The notes under the pieces are model-generated. The model made no database searches and had not been told where the DNA came from. It saw only the letters and a program-made list of their open reading frames with translations. DNA of 64,000 nucleotides from Vicinamibacterales bacterium (GTDB taxonomy: Bacteria; Acidobacteriota; Vicinamibacteria; Vicinamibacterales; UBA8438): contig OZ241978.1 of the NCBI GenBank assembly GCA_965204175.1, positions 775,741 through 839,740 on the forward strand. Reading direction: 5' to 3'. Shown one piece after another: positions 51,477-61,236 of this stretch; the stretch's first letter is position 1, and every line of letters begins with the position of its first letter. A program made the translations under genes and the position numbers.

Positions 51477-52256
51477 TCAACCGGGGCGAGCCGCGTACGG
51501 CGGTGCTTCTTCACGAACGCGTACGCTGTTTTGTTGGCGGCGGCGCACGATACGGGCGACGGCCTCGGTTCGCTCCTCGAGCGTCACACCGAGGCGTACA
51601 CCGTCCACGGCCTCGCGGACGTCCCCCGGCGTGAGGCTGCCGATCACTTCGGAGGCGGCGATCTCGCGCGGCTCCGTTCCCGGATGCAGGGCGAGGAACT
51701 CCACGCGCAGCTCGCGCGTTCCCTTCCGGCCGTGCAGCCGCCACAACTCGCGCACGCCGATCTTCGCGTACCGTCCGATCTTGCCCTCGTCGCGGTTCGT
51801 GATCTCGGCCTCGACCACCAGGTCGAGCGGGGTCCGTTCGAAGAAGGCGTCCGCGGCTGCCTCACCCTCGGCTTGCGCGGCGCGATAGGCCCTGGCGCGC
51901 GCGCCCACGTAGAACGCGCAGTCCGGCTCCATGCCCGTTCCGGGCGGATCGCCGGGTCCGCGCAGACGGGTATGGCGGAGGCCCTTCGCCGCGCCGGCGA
52001 GAACGCTCGCCGCGGCGTCCACGATGAGGTTCAGGATGTCGGTCAGGTCCTCGTGAAGCCGCGAGGGTGTCATCAGAGTGATGAGTCCGCGCACCGGATC
52101 GAGGCACACGCGCGAGAACGACCGGTTCCAGTCGATGGCGGCGAGCTCGGCGATGGTCCCGGCGTCGGCGCGCAGCACGTGAAACGTAGAGCCCAGCGGC
52201 CCGGTGTGTGTCGTGGCCTCCCGCCCGCTCGCCACCCGTTCGTCACGCTTCGACAT
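51477..52256 (-). CDS. Uma2-like PD-(D/E)XK endonuclease-fold protein (paralogue 1)
   Basis: The internal ATG at 52256 gives MSKRDERV... Core strings: ..LDPVRGLITLMTPSRLHEDL.., ..GMEPDCAFY.., PLDLVVEAEITNRDEGKIGRYAKIGVRELW. The upstream 314 codons of track ORF 51477..53198 are antisense to the DUF4143 gene. Confidence 0.7.
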   Translation of the reverse strand: MSKRDERVASGREATTHTGPLGSTFHVLRADAGTIAELAAIDWNRSFSRVCLDPVRGLITLMTPSRLHEDLTDILNLIVDAAASVLAGAAKGLRHTRLRGPGDPPGTGMEPDCAFYVGARARAYRAAQAEGEAAADAFFERTPLDLVVEAEITNRDEGKIGRYAKIGVRELWRLHGRKGTRELRVEFLALHPGTEPREIAASEVIGSLTPGDVREAVDGVRLGVTLEERTEAVARIVRRRQQNSVRVREEAPPYAARPG

Positions 52257-52466
52257 GTGTTCACGATAGCACGTCGCGCGGATGCAGAAGCCACCGTTGC
52301 GGCGGCTGGTCCCCGTCGGAGTCGGGACACCGCGGGATGGCAGTCTGCGGCGAAGACCCCGCCGCCATTCGAGGGGCGATGCATCCTGTGTGGACGGACC
52401 GACAGGGTTGACTCCAGATGCCTGGGCATACAAGATGGAATCATAAATTCCTGTTTTTGACTCAAA

Positions 52467-53624
52467 ATGGAATTCATAGGTCGATTCTTCCGAGTGCCGG
52501 ATCGGAGCTGCTTCGTCTTCGGTCCCCGCGGAACGGGGAAATCCACGTGGCTGCGCGAGCGAATCCCTGACGCCCTGTTCGTCGACCTGCTCGATCCGTC
52601 GACGCACCGCAGCCTGAGTGCCCGTCCCGAGCGCCTGCGAGAGTTGCTCGCTGGCGCCCCCGAAAAAGAGACCGTGGTCATCGACGAGATCCAACGCGTC
52701 CCGGAGCTGCTCACGGTAGTCCATGCGGTCATGGAAACACCCTCTCCGCCGCGCTTCATCCTGACGGGATCGAGCGCCCGCAAGCTGCGGCGCGGCGGCG
52801 TGGACCTGCTCGGCGGCCGGGCCGTGCAACGTACGCTGCATCCGTTCATGGCGGCGGAGTTGCCTGCGTTCGATCTGTCGCAGGCGCTGCGATTCGGCCT
52901 GGTGCCCCTGGTGGTGGGCGCCTCCGATCCGGGAGAGGTCGTCGCCGGTTACGCGAGCCTGTACCTCGACCAGGAGGTGCGTGCGGAGGGAATGACTCGC
53001 AACGTCGGGAGCTTCACCCGCTTCCTGGAGGCCATCAGTTTCTCGCACGGCGCGCAACTCAACGTCTCGGCGGTCGCTCGCGAGTGCGAGGTTGAGCGGA
53101 AGGTCGTCGCCGGATACGTCGGCATCCTGGAGGACCTGCTGCTGGCGTTCCGGCTTCCCGTCTTCCGCAAACGGGCGAAGCGGGCAACCGTGACGCACGA
53201 CAAGCTCTACCTGTTCGACGCCGGCGTGTTCCGGTCGTTACGTCCCAAGGGGCCGCTCGACCGTCGCGAGGAGATCGACGGGCAGGCGCTCGAAGGACTG
53301 GTGGCCCAGCATCTCCGTGCCTGGGCTGCGTACTCCGGCCGTGACGTGGGTCTCTTCTTCTGGCGGACGCGGGCCGGCGCCGAGGTCGACTTCGTCGTCT
53401 ATGGGGAAACGGGCGTGCAGGCGTTCGAGGTCAAGAACGCCGCCAGGGTACATTCCACGGATCTGCGGTCGCTGCGGGCGTTCCGCGACGACTACCCGGA
53501 GGCGGAGACCGCCGTGCTCCATCGCGGTCGGGAGCGTCTGCGGATCGACGGGGTCTGGTGCCTGCCGGTCGCGGAATTCCTGCGCCGGATGGTACCCGAG
53601 CAGCGACTGCTGGAAACGCCGTAG
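52467..53624 (+). CDS. AAA_14 + DUF4143 ATPase
   Basis: Walker A GPRGTGKST, Walker B VVIDEIQR. The C-terminal ..FFWRTRAGAEVDFVVY..AFEVKN.. is the DUF4143 nuclease-like core. Confidence 0.9.
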   Translation: MEFIGRFFRVPDRSCFVFGPRGTGKSTWLRERIPDALFVDLLDPSTHRSLSARPERLRELLAGAPEKETVVIDEIQRVPELLTVVHAVMETPSPPRFILTGSSARKLRRGGVDLLGGRAVQRTLHPFMAAELPAFDLSQALRFGLVPLVVGASDPGEVVAGYASLYLDQEVRAEGMTRNVGSFTRFLEAISFSHGAQLNVSAVARECEVERKVVAGYVGILEDLLLAFRLPVFRKRAKRATVTHDKLYLFDAGVFRSLRPKGPLDRREEIDGQALEGLVAQHLRAWAAYSGRDVGLFFWRTRAGAEVDFVVYGETGVQAFEVKNAARVHSTDLRSLRAFRDDYPEAETAVLHRGRERLRIDGVWCLPVAEFLRRMVPEQRLLETP

Positions 53625-53679
53625 TAGTTCTCGTACACAGTTGCCAGCAGAATGGTACGCGTAGCGGCGGCTCAGGCCA

Positions 53680-54789
53680 TCAGGTCTCAGTGAGGGAGAC
53701 ACAGCTCAGACCGTGCGCGGCGGCCACCGCGTCGTGCGTCACGTGTCCGCCGACCACGTTGACCCCCTTCGCGAGTGCGGGGTCGCGCGCGGCGGCCACG
53801 CGCCAGCCGCGGTCGGCGATCTCCAGCGCGTAGGCCATCGTGGCGTTGGTCAGGGCGTAGGTCGACGTGTGCGGGACCGCGCCGGGCATGTTCGAGACGC
53901 AGTAGTGGACCACGCCCTCCTCGACGTAGCGCGGGTCGTGGTGGGTGGTCGGACGGCTCGTCTCGGCGCAGCCGCCCTGATCGACGGCGACATCGACAAG
54001 GGCCGAGCCAGGTTCCATCTGCGCCAGGTGCGCGCGGGTGACGAGGCGCGGCGTGCGGGCGCCGGGGATGAGCACCGAGCAGAGGACCAGGTCGGCGGAC
54101 CCCAGCGCGCCCTCGATGTTCGCGGCGTTCGACATCAGCGTCGTGACGTGGCCCTGGACGACGTCGCGGACGTAGGCGAGCCGCAGCGGGTTGATGTCGA
54201 TGATGGTGACGTCGGCGCCGAACCCGACGCCGACCACGCAGGCGTTGAGGCCGACGACGCCGGCGCCGATGATCGTTACCCGGCCCCGCCGGACGCCGGA
54301 GACCCCGGGCAGCAGGAGGCCCTTGCCGCCGGAGCGCATCTCCAGGGAGGTCGCACCCGCCTGGATCGACAGGCGGCCCGCGACTTCCGACATCGGCACC
54401 AGCAGCGGCAGGGTCCCGTCGGCGAGCTGCACCGTCTCGTAGCCGATCCCGACGACGCGGCGTTCGAGCAGCCGGGTGGTCAGGTCGCGCGACGCGGCCA
54501 GGTGCAGGTAGGTGAAGAGGACCTGGCCCGGCCGCATCCGGTCGAATTCGGGTTCGAGCGGCTCCTTGACCTTGAGGACGAGGTCGGCGCGTTCCCAGAC
54601 CGCGTTCGGGCCGTCGACGACCACGGCGCCGGCCGCCCGGTAAGCCTCGTCCTGGATCGCGCTGCCGACTCCGGCCCCTGCCTCGATGACGACCTCGTGC
54701 CCGCGGGCGCCGAACGCCGCTACCCCCGAGGGGGTGATGGCGACCCGGTGCTCGTCCGCCTTGATCTCCGTGGGGATGCCGATGCGCAT
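53680..54789 (-). CDS. ald: Alanine dehydrogenase
   Basis: MRIGIPTEIKADEHRVAITPSGV.., NAD-binding IIGAGVVGLNA. The length (369 aa) is typical. Confidence 0.95.
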   Translation of the reverse strand: MRIGIPTEIKADEHRVAITPSGVAAFGARGHEVVIEAGAGVGSAIQDEAYRAAGAVVVDGPNAVWERADLVLKVKEPLEPEFDRMRPGQVLFTYLHLAASRDLTTRLLERRVVGIGYETVQLADGTLPLLVPMSEVAGRLSIQAGATSLEMRSGGKGLLLPGVSGVRRGRVTIIGAGVVGLNACVVGVGFGADVTIIDINPLRLAYVRDVVQGHVTTLMSNAANIEGALGSADLVLCSVLIPGARTPRLVTRAHLAQMEPGSALVDVAVDQGGCAETSRPTTHHDPRYVEEGVVHYCVSNMPGAVPHTSTYALTNATMAYALEIADRGWRVAAARDPALAKGVNVVGGHVTHDAVAAAHGLSCVSLTET

Positions 54790-54831
54790 GCTACGACCGT
54801 ACCACGTCGCGAACCGTGCCCGCGTCGACGG

Positions 54832-55626
54832 TCAAACGGAGTCCTGCGGCGCAGACTCCCGACCGGGCGGGGCAGCGTCGGGCGTCTCCGCCTCACGGAC
54901 GCGTTCGCTGGCGCGCCGACGACGGCGGACGATGCGGGCGACGGCTTCTGTCCGTTCGTCCCGTGTCAAACAAAACCGTACGCTGTCCGCCGCCTCGCAG
55001 ACGTCGCCCGGTGTAAGGCCGGCGAGAACCGCGGAGGCGGCGAGCCGCCGCGGCGGCCGCGCGGGTTGCAGGGCGAAGAAGTCCGCCCTCAGGAATCTTG
55101 TCCCCTTGCGGCCGTGCAACTGCCAGAGCTCGCGCACCCCAATGTCGCCGTAGCGCTCGATCTTGCCCTTGTCGGCGTGCGTGATCTCCACCTCGACCAC
55201 GAGGTCGGGCGGGGTGCGTTCGAAGAATGCCTCCGCCGCAGCTTCGCCCTCGACCAGCGCCGCCCGATACGCCCAGGCCCGCTCGTCCAGGTAGAAGGCA
55301 CAGTCCGGCTCCATGCCCGTGCCCGGCGGTTCGTTCCGTCCGCGGAGACGCGTCGTGCGGAGTTTCCTGGCGGCGCTCACCGCGGCATCCACGATGTCGT
55401 CGAGAATCGTGGCGAGGTCGTCGTGCAGGCGCGACGGAGTCATCAGCACGACGAGCCCGCGCACCGGATCGAGGCATACTCGACCGAACCACCGGTTCCA
55501 GTCGACGGCGGCCAGCGCGGTCACGGTCCCGGCATCGGCGTGCAGGACGTGGACCTGGGAGCCCAGCGGCCCGGTATGCATCGTGGCCGGGCTGCCGATG
55601 GTCACGCGATCGGTGTGAACGTCCAC
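54832..55626 (-). CDS. Uma2-like PD-(D/E)XK endonuclease-fold protein (paralogue 2)
   Basis: Alignable along its whole length with 51477..52256 (PPGTGMEPDCAFY, FFERTP.DLVVE.EIT, GVRELW.LHGRKGTR, ERTEAVARIVRRR). The start is uncertain (GTG 55626 chosen by analogy, ATG 55581 possible). Confidence 0.65.
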   Translation of the reverse strand: MDVHTDRVTIGSPATMHTGPLGSQVHVLHADAGTVTALAAVDWNRWFGRVCLDPVRGLVVLMTPSRLHDDLATILDDIVDAAVSAARKLRTTRLRGRNEPPGTGMEPDCAFYLDERAWAYRAALVEGEAAAEAFFERTPPDLVVEVEITHADKGKIERYGDIGVRELWQLHGRKGTRFLRADFFALQPARPPRRLAASAVLAGLTPGDVCEAADSVRFCLTRDERTEAVARIVRRRRRASERVREAETPDAAPPGRESAPQDSV

Positions 55627-55792
55627 GAACTCAATATAGCATCGGCCTTGCCGCGCCGGACCTTCCGGTGACGGAGGAGTACCGGGTCGGCTGGTCCGCC
55701 CGCACAGCGGAGAAGCGGGCCGCCGCATCCCGGTGCGGCGACCCGTTTGCGACACGCGCGGCGTACCACCGGGCCGACTGCGCCGGTTCCGC

Positions 55793-57529
55793 TCAGGCCG
55801 TGAAGAACGCCAGCACCGTCCAGCAGACCGCGGCCAGCCCGGCGGCTATCGACGCCTGCGGGATCTGCGTCTTGACGTGATCCATCAGGTCGCAGCCGGT
55901 GCAGACCGAGCTGAGCACCGTCGTGTCCGAGATCGGGGAGCACTGGTCGCCGTAGACGCTGCCGTCCATGACCGAGGCGAAGCAGAGGGTCATGAACAGC
56001 TCGGGATGCGACAGGCCCTGCGCCCCGGCCACCGCCCAGGCCAGCGGCATCGCCAGCGGGAACGCCACCGCGTAGGTGCCCCAGCTCGTGCCGGTGGAGA
56101 AGGCGATGACCATCGTCATGAGCTGCAGCATCACCGGGAGCAGGAAGTACGGCAGGGCGTCGCCGAGCTGCTCCACCAGGAAGACGCCCCCGCCGGTCTC
56201 CGTGCTGACGTTGCCGATGGTGATCGCCAGCAGCAGGATGACCGAGCCGAGCACCACGCCCTTGATGCCGTCGTGGAAGCCGGAGATGAGGTCCTTCAGC
56301 GACATCCCCTTGCCGAGCGCCATGCCCGCGGCCAGCAGCAGTGCCGTTCCGAACGCCCACTGCACGTTGGGGGAGCCGTACGCGACGAACGTGCCGATGG
56401 CGATGGCGATGAGCACGCCCAGCGGCAGGAAGAACTCCAGCACGTGGGGCGTGTAGCCGGCCGGCACCTTGCTGGCCTGCAGCTCCTTCGTGCTCAGCGG
56501 ATCCGCTCCCTCTGCGTCGAGCTGGCCCGTCGTGCGGGCGCGCTGCATGGCGGCTCCCAGGCGCTTGCCCAGGAAGATGGGCTTCTCGATGCTCAGCAGG
56601 AACGTGCCCAGGACCGCGAAGATTGCGTAGAAGCAGAACGGCACGCTCTGGAAGAAGAAGGCGATGCGGTCCGCCTCGGTGGCCAGGAAGCCGACGCCGG
56701 AGACGAAGATGAACGCCTGGACGTAGCCCGGCCAGGCGTTGAAGGCGAGCTGCGACGCGATCGGCGACGCGGTCGAGTCGACGATGTAGGCCAGCTCCTC
56801 GTGGCTGACGCGTTCCTTGTCGGCGATCGGCTTGACGGTGGTGCCTACGACCACTGTGCTCACCGTGCCGCCCTGGAAGAAGACGATGCCGAGCGCCCAG
56901 GCGACCAGCTTGGCGGTCTTCGGGCCGCGGACGAACTTCGCGGTCATGAACTCGGCGAACGCCTGCGCGGCGCCGGTGCGCGACCAGACGCCCATCAGGC
57001 CGCCGAGCAGCCAGAGATAGAGCAGCAGCACCCCGGCCGAGTTCGTCGATGCCAGCGACGGGATCATCACCTCGCCGGTGATGTCGTACTTGCCGAGCAG
57101 CAGCGCGCCGGAGACGATGCCGGCGGCGAGCGAGGTGACCGGCTCGCGCGTCAGCCAGCAGAGCATCACCGCCACGGCGGCGGGGAGCAGCGACCACCAT
57201 CCCCAGTGCGGGCGCGCGACGAGCTGGTAGTAGGCCGTCTCGGTGCGTCCGTCACGCGTCTCGACCGCCGCGACGAACTCCTCGGTGACGGCCGGCGCTT
57301 CCCCGGAGGCGCGCAGGGCAGCCGCATCCAGTTGTGCTTCCTCGATGGGCACTGCCTCGAAGTACGCGGGACTGCCTTCCGACAGGTAGTACAGCCGGCC
57401 GTCGTCGTCCGTCAGCACGTCCAGCGTCACCCGGTTGACGGTCCACGTCGGGGCGACGCTGGCGCCGGCGATCCACGAGATGAGGATCGCGACGGCGAAA
57501 ACGGTGAACTTCCGGATGCCGGTGGTCAT
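55793..57529 (-). CDS. NhaC-family Na+/H+ antiporter with N-terminal extension
   Basis: ATG at 57529 (MTTGIRKFTVFAVAILISW). A polytopic body with NhaC-like segments (..VVGTTVKPIADKERVSHEELAYIVDSTASP.., ..CSPISDTTVLSS..). Confidence 0.8.
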   Translation of the reverse strand: MTTGIRKFTVFAVAILISWIAGASVAPTWTVNRVTLDVLTDDDGRLYYLSEGSPAYFEAVPIEEAQLDAAALRASGEAPAVTEEFVAAVETRDGRTETAYYQLVARPHWGWWSLLPAAVAVMLCWLTREPVTSLAAGIVSGALLLGKYDITGEVMIPSLASTNSAGVLLLYLWLLGGLMGVWSRTGAAQAFAEFMTAKFVRGPKTAKLVAWALGIVFFQGGTVSTVVVGTTVKPIADKERVSHEELAYIVDSTASPIASQLAFNAWPGYVQAFIFVSGVGFLATEADRIAFFFQSVPFCFYAIFAVLGTFLLSIEKPIFLGKRLGAAMQRARTTGQLDAEGADPLSTKELQASKVPAGYTPHVLEFFLPLGVLIAIAIGTFVAYGSPNVQWAFGTALLLAAGMALGKGMSLKDLISGFHDGIKGVVLGSVILLLAITIGNVSTETGGGVFLVEQLGDALPYFLLPVMLQLMTMVIAFSTGTSWGTYAVAFPLAMPLAWAVAGAQGLSHPELFMTLCFASVMDGSVYGDQCSPISDTTVLSSVCTGCDLMDHVKTQIPQASIAAGLAAVCWTVLAFFTA

Positions 57530-57557
57530 GGCTTGCCTCGTTCCGGTACAGCCGGCG

Positions 57558-58574
57558 CTACGGCGCGGCGAAACGGCCGATGCGCGTGCCGCCGCCGATT
57601 CCGCCGACCCAGATCTCGTCGCCGACCTGGATGCCCACCGTGCCGAGGAGGATCCGATCGTTCGAGGGATAGCGGACGATCTCCTCCTGGGCGAGGCTGT
57701 CGGGGATGATCTTCGCGACCCGCGACGTGATCCCGTCGCATGCGCCCTGACCGACACAGGCGAAGATCGAGTCGGGCCCGCTTCCCGCGTGGCCGGCCGC
57801 CAGCAGCGTGCCGTCGGGCGCCCAGTGGACGTTGTCGACGTGGAAGCCGACGGCGACCGAGTCGACCACGACCGGGGATTGTCCCCGCGACAGGCGGATC
57901 AGCGACTGCGTGCCCCAGCCGCCGATGTAGAGCCAGTCGCCGTCCGGCGAGGCCGCGATGCCGTTCGGGCCCGCCGTCGCGCTGCCCGGCACCTCGATCC
58001 AGCCCGCGCCCGGCCGCCACTCCCACAGCTCGCCGGTGGCGGGCTGGAAGTTGGTGGCGACGAAGCCGCCGTCCGGGAGCGCCGAGACCGAGTTCAAGCC
58101 GATGCCGTCAGGCGCCACCGCGCAGCCGACCCAGGTGGCGGCCGGCGCCTCGCCGCGGGCGTCGATCTCGAAGACCTCCACCGACTCGCGGGCGCCGTGG
58201 CGCACCACGTACAGGGTGTGCACACCGTCGTCGCCGTTGCGCAGGCCGAGCCCGTGCGGCCGGAAGCCGCTGGTGTCCGGGCCGGGGCAGCCGCCGTACA
58301 GGGCCGTGTCGTGCCGCGGCGCCGAGCTCTCGATGGGGAAGATGGCGCGCGAGGTGTGGTCGCGGGTGTCGGTGGCGTACAGGCGGCCGTCGTCCACCAT
58401 GCTCGACACGATGACCCACGGAGAATTCGGCACCGCGATCAGATCTTCCGGGTTCTCCGGGCCGCAGACGAACTCCACGTCGCCGTCCGCGGCGCACTGC
58501 GCCGCTCCCTCGGTCGCCAGCGCGAGAACGCCGGCGACCGCCAGCGACGAAACCAGTAACGTGCGTATCCTCAT
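57558..58574 (-). CDS. Secreted beta-propeller protein (SMP-30/gluconolactonase/paraoxonase-like)
   Basis: ATG at 58574 with signal peptide MRIRTLLVSSLAVAGVLALA. Repeated ..PNGIA..PDG..LY.. blade-like motifs. Confidence 0.6.
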   Translation of the reverse strand: MRIRTLLVSSLAVAGVLALATEGAAQCAADGDVEFVCGPENPEDLIAVPNSPWVIVSSMVDDGRLYATDTRDHTSRAIFPIESSAPRHDTALYGGCPGPDTSGFRPHGLGLRNGDDGVHTLYVVRHGARESVEVFEIDARGEAPAATWVGCAVAPDGIGLNSVSALPDGGFVATNFQPATGELWEWRPGAGWIEVPGSATAGPNGIAASPDGDWLYIGGWGTQSLIRLSRGQSPVVVDSVAVGFHVDNVHWAPDGTLLAAGHAGSGPDSIFACVGQGACDGITSRVAKIIPDSLAQEEIVRYPSNDRILLGTVGIQVGDEIWVGGIGGGTRIGRFAAP

Positions 58575-58708
58575 GCCTCCCCCTCTCATGGCGCCCTGCA
58601 GCCGGCCCGCGGCGATTATGTCACTTGCGCGCCGCACGGCGACGATTTCCGCGCTAGTATCGGCCGGTAACCGCTCTCCCCGGTGCGGAGACAACGCAGG
58701 AGGAAGTG

Positions 58709-61051
58709 ATGCGACAACCGCTTGGAATCCTCGCTTGCGTGACGGCCGTCGCGCTGCTGGCTTCCGCCGCCGGCTGCGGCACCGACCAGGCCGGGACGCC
58801 GCAGTCTCTCGACGAGCTTGCCCGCGGCGCGCTCGCGACCATCGACGGGGAGCTGCCCGTGCCGGGCCTGCAGGAGCCGGTCGAGGTGATCCGCGACGAG
58901 TGGGGCGTGCCGCACATCTACGCGCAGAACGACGAAGACCTGTTCTTCGCGCAGGGTTACGTCATGGCGCAGGACCGCCTGTGGCAGATGGAGATGTGGC
59001 GCCGCTGGCGCGAGGGGCGGCTGGCCGAGGTCTTCGGGCCGGAGGCGCTCGACTACGACCGCCGCACGCGGCTGATGATGTTCCGCGGGCCGTGGGACGA
59101 GACCGAGTGGACCAGCTATCACCCCGACGCGCACCGGCTGTTCGCCGCGCACGCCAACGGGGTGAACGCCTTCGTCGAGCAGAACCGCGGCAACCTGCCG
59201 GTGGAGTTCCAGCTCACCGGCGTGGAGCCGTTGCCGTGGACGGCGGAGACGGCGGTGCTGCGCTGGGCGGCGCTCGGCGTGCCGAGCGTGCGGGGCCACG
59301 CCATCCACGAGATGCAGCTCGCCCTCGACGTCGCCCGCTACGGGGTGGAGGAGGCGAACCGGCGCTTCGCGCCGGACCCGTGGGACGACCTGGTGGTGCC
59401 GGAGGGGCTCGACGTCAGCATCATCACCGAGGAGATCCTCGACGCGATGCGCGCCGGCGACGGCGATCCGTTCGTGACGGGGCGTCTTCCGGCCCTGGAG
59501 ATCGTCGAGCCGTACCGTGCGCTCGTCGCCGTGCCGGGATTGCAGACGCGACAGGTTTCGCCGCGGCCTATCGCCACCGAGGGGAGCAACAACTGGGTGA
59601 TGACGGGCGCGCGCTCGCCGAGCGGCGTGCCGATCCTCGCCAACGATCCGCACCGCCGCATCGAGATGCCGGCGCTGCGCTACTTCGTGCATCTGGTAGC
59701 ACCCGGCTGGAACGTCATCGGCGGCGGCGAGCCGCCCTTCGCCGGCGTCGACGCCGGCAGCAACGAGCGCATGGCGTGGGGCTTCACCTTCGCCGGCACC
59801 GACATGGTCGACGTCTACGTCGAGGAGCTGCACCCCGAGGATCCGAACCTGGTGCGCTGGCAGGACGGCTGGGAGCCGCTGCGGGTCATCGAGGAGGAGA
59901 TTGCGGTCAAGGGGCGGGAGCCCGAGCCAGTGGTGCTGAAGTTCAGCCGCCACGGCCCCGTCTTCTACGAGGACCTGGAGAATCGCGTCGCCTACGCCGT
60001 GCGCTCGGTCGTTCAGGAGCCGGGTACCGCCGCCTACAAGGGCAGCTTCCAGCTCGCCCAGGCGGAGAGTTGCGCCGACTTCTTCGAGCGGGCGATGCAC
60101 TGGCTGGTGCCGACCCACAGCCTCGTCTGCGGCGACGCGGACGGCAACATCGCCCTGCAGGTGACCGGGCTGACGCCGGACCGCGACGGGTGGAACGGGC
60201 GGCTGCCGGTGCCCGGCAACGGCGACTACGAGTGGCGCGGGTTCCGGGAGGACCTGCCGCGGGAGTTCAATCCCGAGCGGGGGTACGTCGCTACCGCCAA
60301 CAACAACGTCCACCCGCCGGACTACGAGGGCCGGCCGGTCTTCTACCACACCTCGCGCGGGGTCGAGACGTCGCGGATCGCGCGGCTGCACCAAATCCTC
60401 GGCGCCGGCGAGATGCTCTCCGTGGACGACCACAAGCGGATCCAGCACGACTCTCGCCTGCTCGCGGCCGAGCGGGACATCCCGGCCTTCCAGGGCTGGA
60501 CGTCGGACGACCCGGACGTCGAGTGGGCGCGGCGGCTGATCGCCGAATGGGATGCCACGGTGTCGCGGGAGAGCACGGCCGGCGCCCTGTACGTGCGCTG
60601 GAACGCCGAGGTCGACGACGCCGTCCGGGACTCGGAGACCCCGGATGCGGAGCGCCGGGAGCTGATCGAAGCGGGCCTGACGACGGCGATCGAGCGGCTC
60701 ACGACCGAGCTTGGCCTCGACCGGGCCGAGTGGCGCCACGGCCGGGTGCATGCCAGCGAGTTGCCGCACATGCTGGCCCCGGCGTTCGACCTGCCGGCGG
60801 TGGAGCGTCCCGGCGGCTTCGGCTCGCTCAACGCCACCGGCGCCAACTTCCGGCGCATCATCGACCTGGCGGATCCGGACCGCTCCGTCGCGAGCAACGC
60901 CCCCGGGCAGTCTGCCCAGCCGGGCAGTCCGTACTACGGCAACCTGGCCGAAAACCTGGGCAACGGCGAGTACTTCCCCCTGCTCTATACGCGCGGGGCG
61001 GTCGAGGAGCGGGCGGCGAATCGGCTGACGTTGCGGCCGGCGGCGCAATAG
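58709..61051 (+). CDS. Penicillin/AHL acylase family Ntn-hydrolase lipoprotein
   Basis: AGGAGGA RBS. Lipobox LLASAAGC. RDEWGVPHIYA.., FFAQGYVMAQDRLWQME, and the beta-subunit nucleophile context EGSNNWV. Confidence 0.9.
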   Translation: MRQPLGILACVTAVALLASAAGCGTDQAGTPQSLDELARGALATIDGELPVPGLQEPVEVIRDEWGVPHIYAQNDEDLFFAQGYVMAQDRLWQMEMWRRWREGRLAEVFGPEALDYDRRTRLMMFRGPWDETEWTSYHPDAHRLFAAHANGVNAFVEQNRGNLPVEFQLTGVEPLPWTAETAVLRWAALGVPSVRGHAIHEMQLALDVARYGVEEANRRFAPDPWDDLVVPEGLDVSIITEEILDAMRAGDGDPFVTGRLPALEIVEPYRALVAVPGLQTRQVSPRPIATEGSNNWVMTGARSPSGVPILANDPHRRIEMPALRYFVHLVAPGWNVIGGGEPPFAGVDAGSNERMAWGFTFAGTDMVDVYVEELHPEDPNLVRWQDGWEPLRVIEEEIAVKGREPEPVVLKFSRHGPVFYEDLENRVAYAVRSVVQEPGTAAYKGSFQLAQAESCADFFERAMHWLVPTHSLVCGDADGNIALQVTGLTPDRDGWNGRLPVPGNGDYEWRGFREDLPREFNPERGYVATANNNVHPPDYEGRPVFYHTSRGVETSRIARLHQILGAGEMLSVDDHKRIQHDSRLLAAERDIPAFQGWTSDDPDVEWARRLIAEWDATVSRESTAGALYVRWNAEVDDAVRDSETPDAERRELIEAGLTTAIERLTTELGLDRAEWRHGRVHASELPHMLAPAFDLPAVERPGGFGSLNATGANFRRIIDLADPDRSVASNAPGQSAQPGSPYYGNLAENLGNGEYFPLLYTRGAVEERAANRLTLRPAAQ

Positions 61052-61073
61052 CAGCTCAATAGAGGAGGAATTC

Positions 61074-61103
61074 GGCGCCCGGTGACCCGCGGGTCGCCGG
61101 GCG
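61074..61103 (+). terminator. GC-rich hairpin after the acylase gene
   Basis: GCGCCCGGTGACC-CGCG-GGTCGCCGGGCGC (one T-G wobble) followed by TT, 22 nt after the stop. Confidence 0.45.
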
Positions 61104-61236
61104 CTTGGCCATGCCGGGGCCGACGTGTCGCAGATCTCTGCGGAACTCCCCTCCGATGCCCCCGGACCTCCTATAATTCGGGAACGCGAATCAATCCGCG
61201 CGAAACGAACGTGTCCCATACACCCAGGAGCTTGCG

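Noticed and set aside
51477-53198. Full 573-aa reading of the minus-strand ORF
   Set aside because: Only the C-terminal 259 aa (from ATG 52256) resemble the paralogue at 54832. The N-terminal 314 codons are antisense to the DUF4143 ATPase and are junk-like.
58616-61219. 867-aa minus-strand ORF
   Set aside because: It is antisense to the penicillin-acylase family gene, which carries GSNNWV and other hallmarks.
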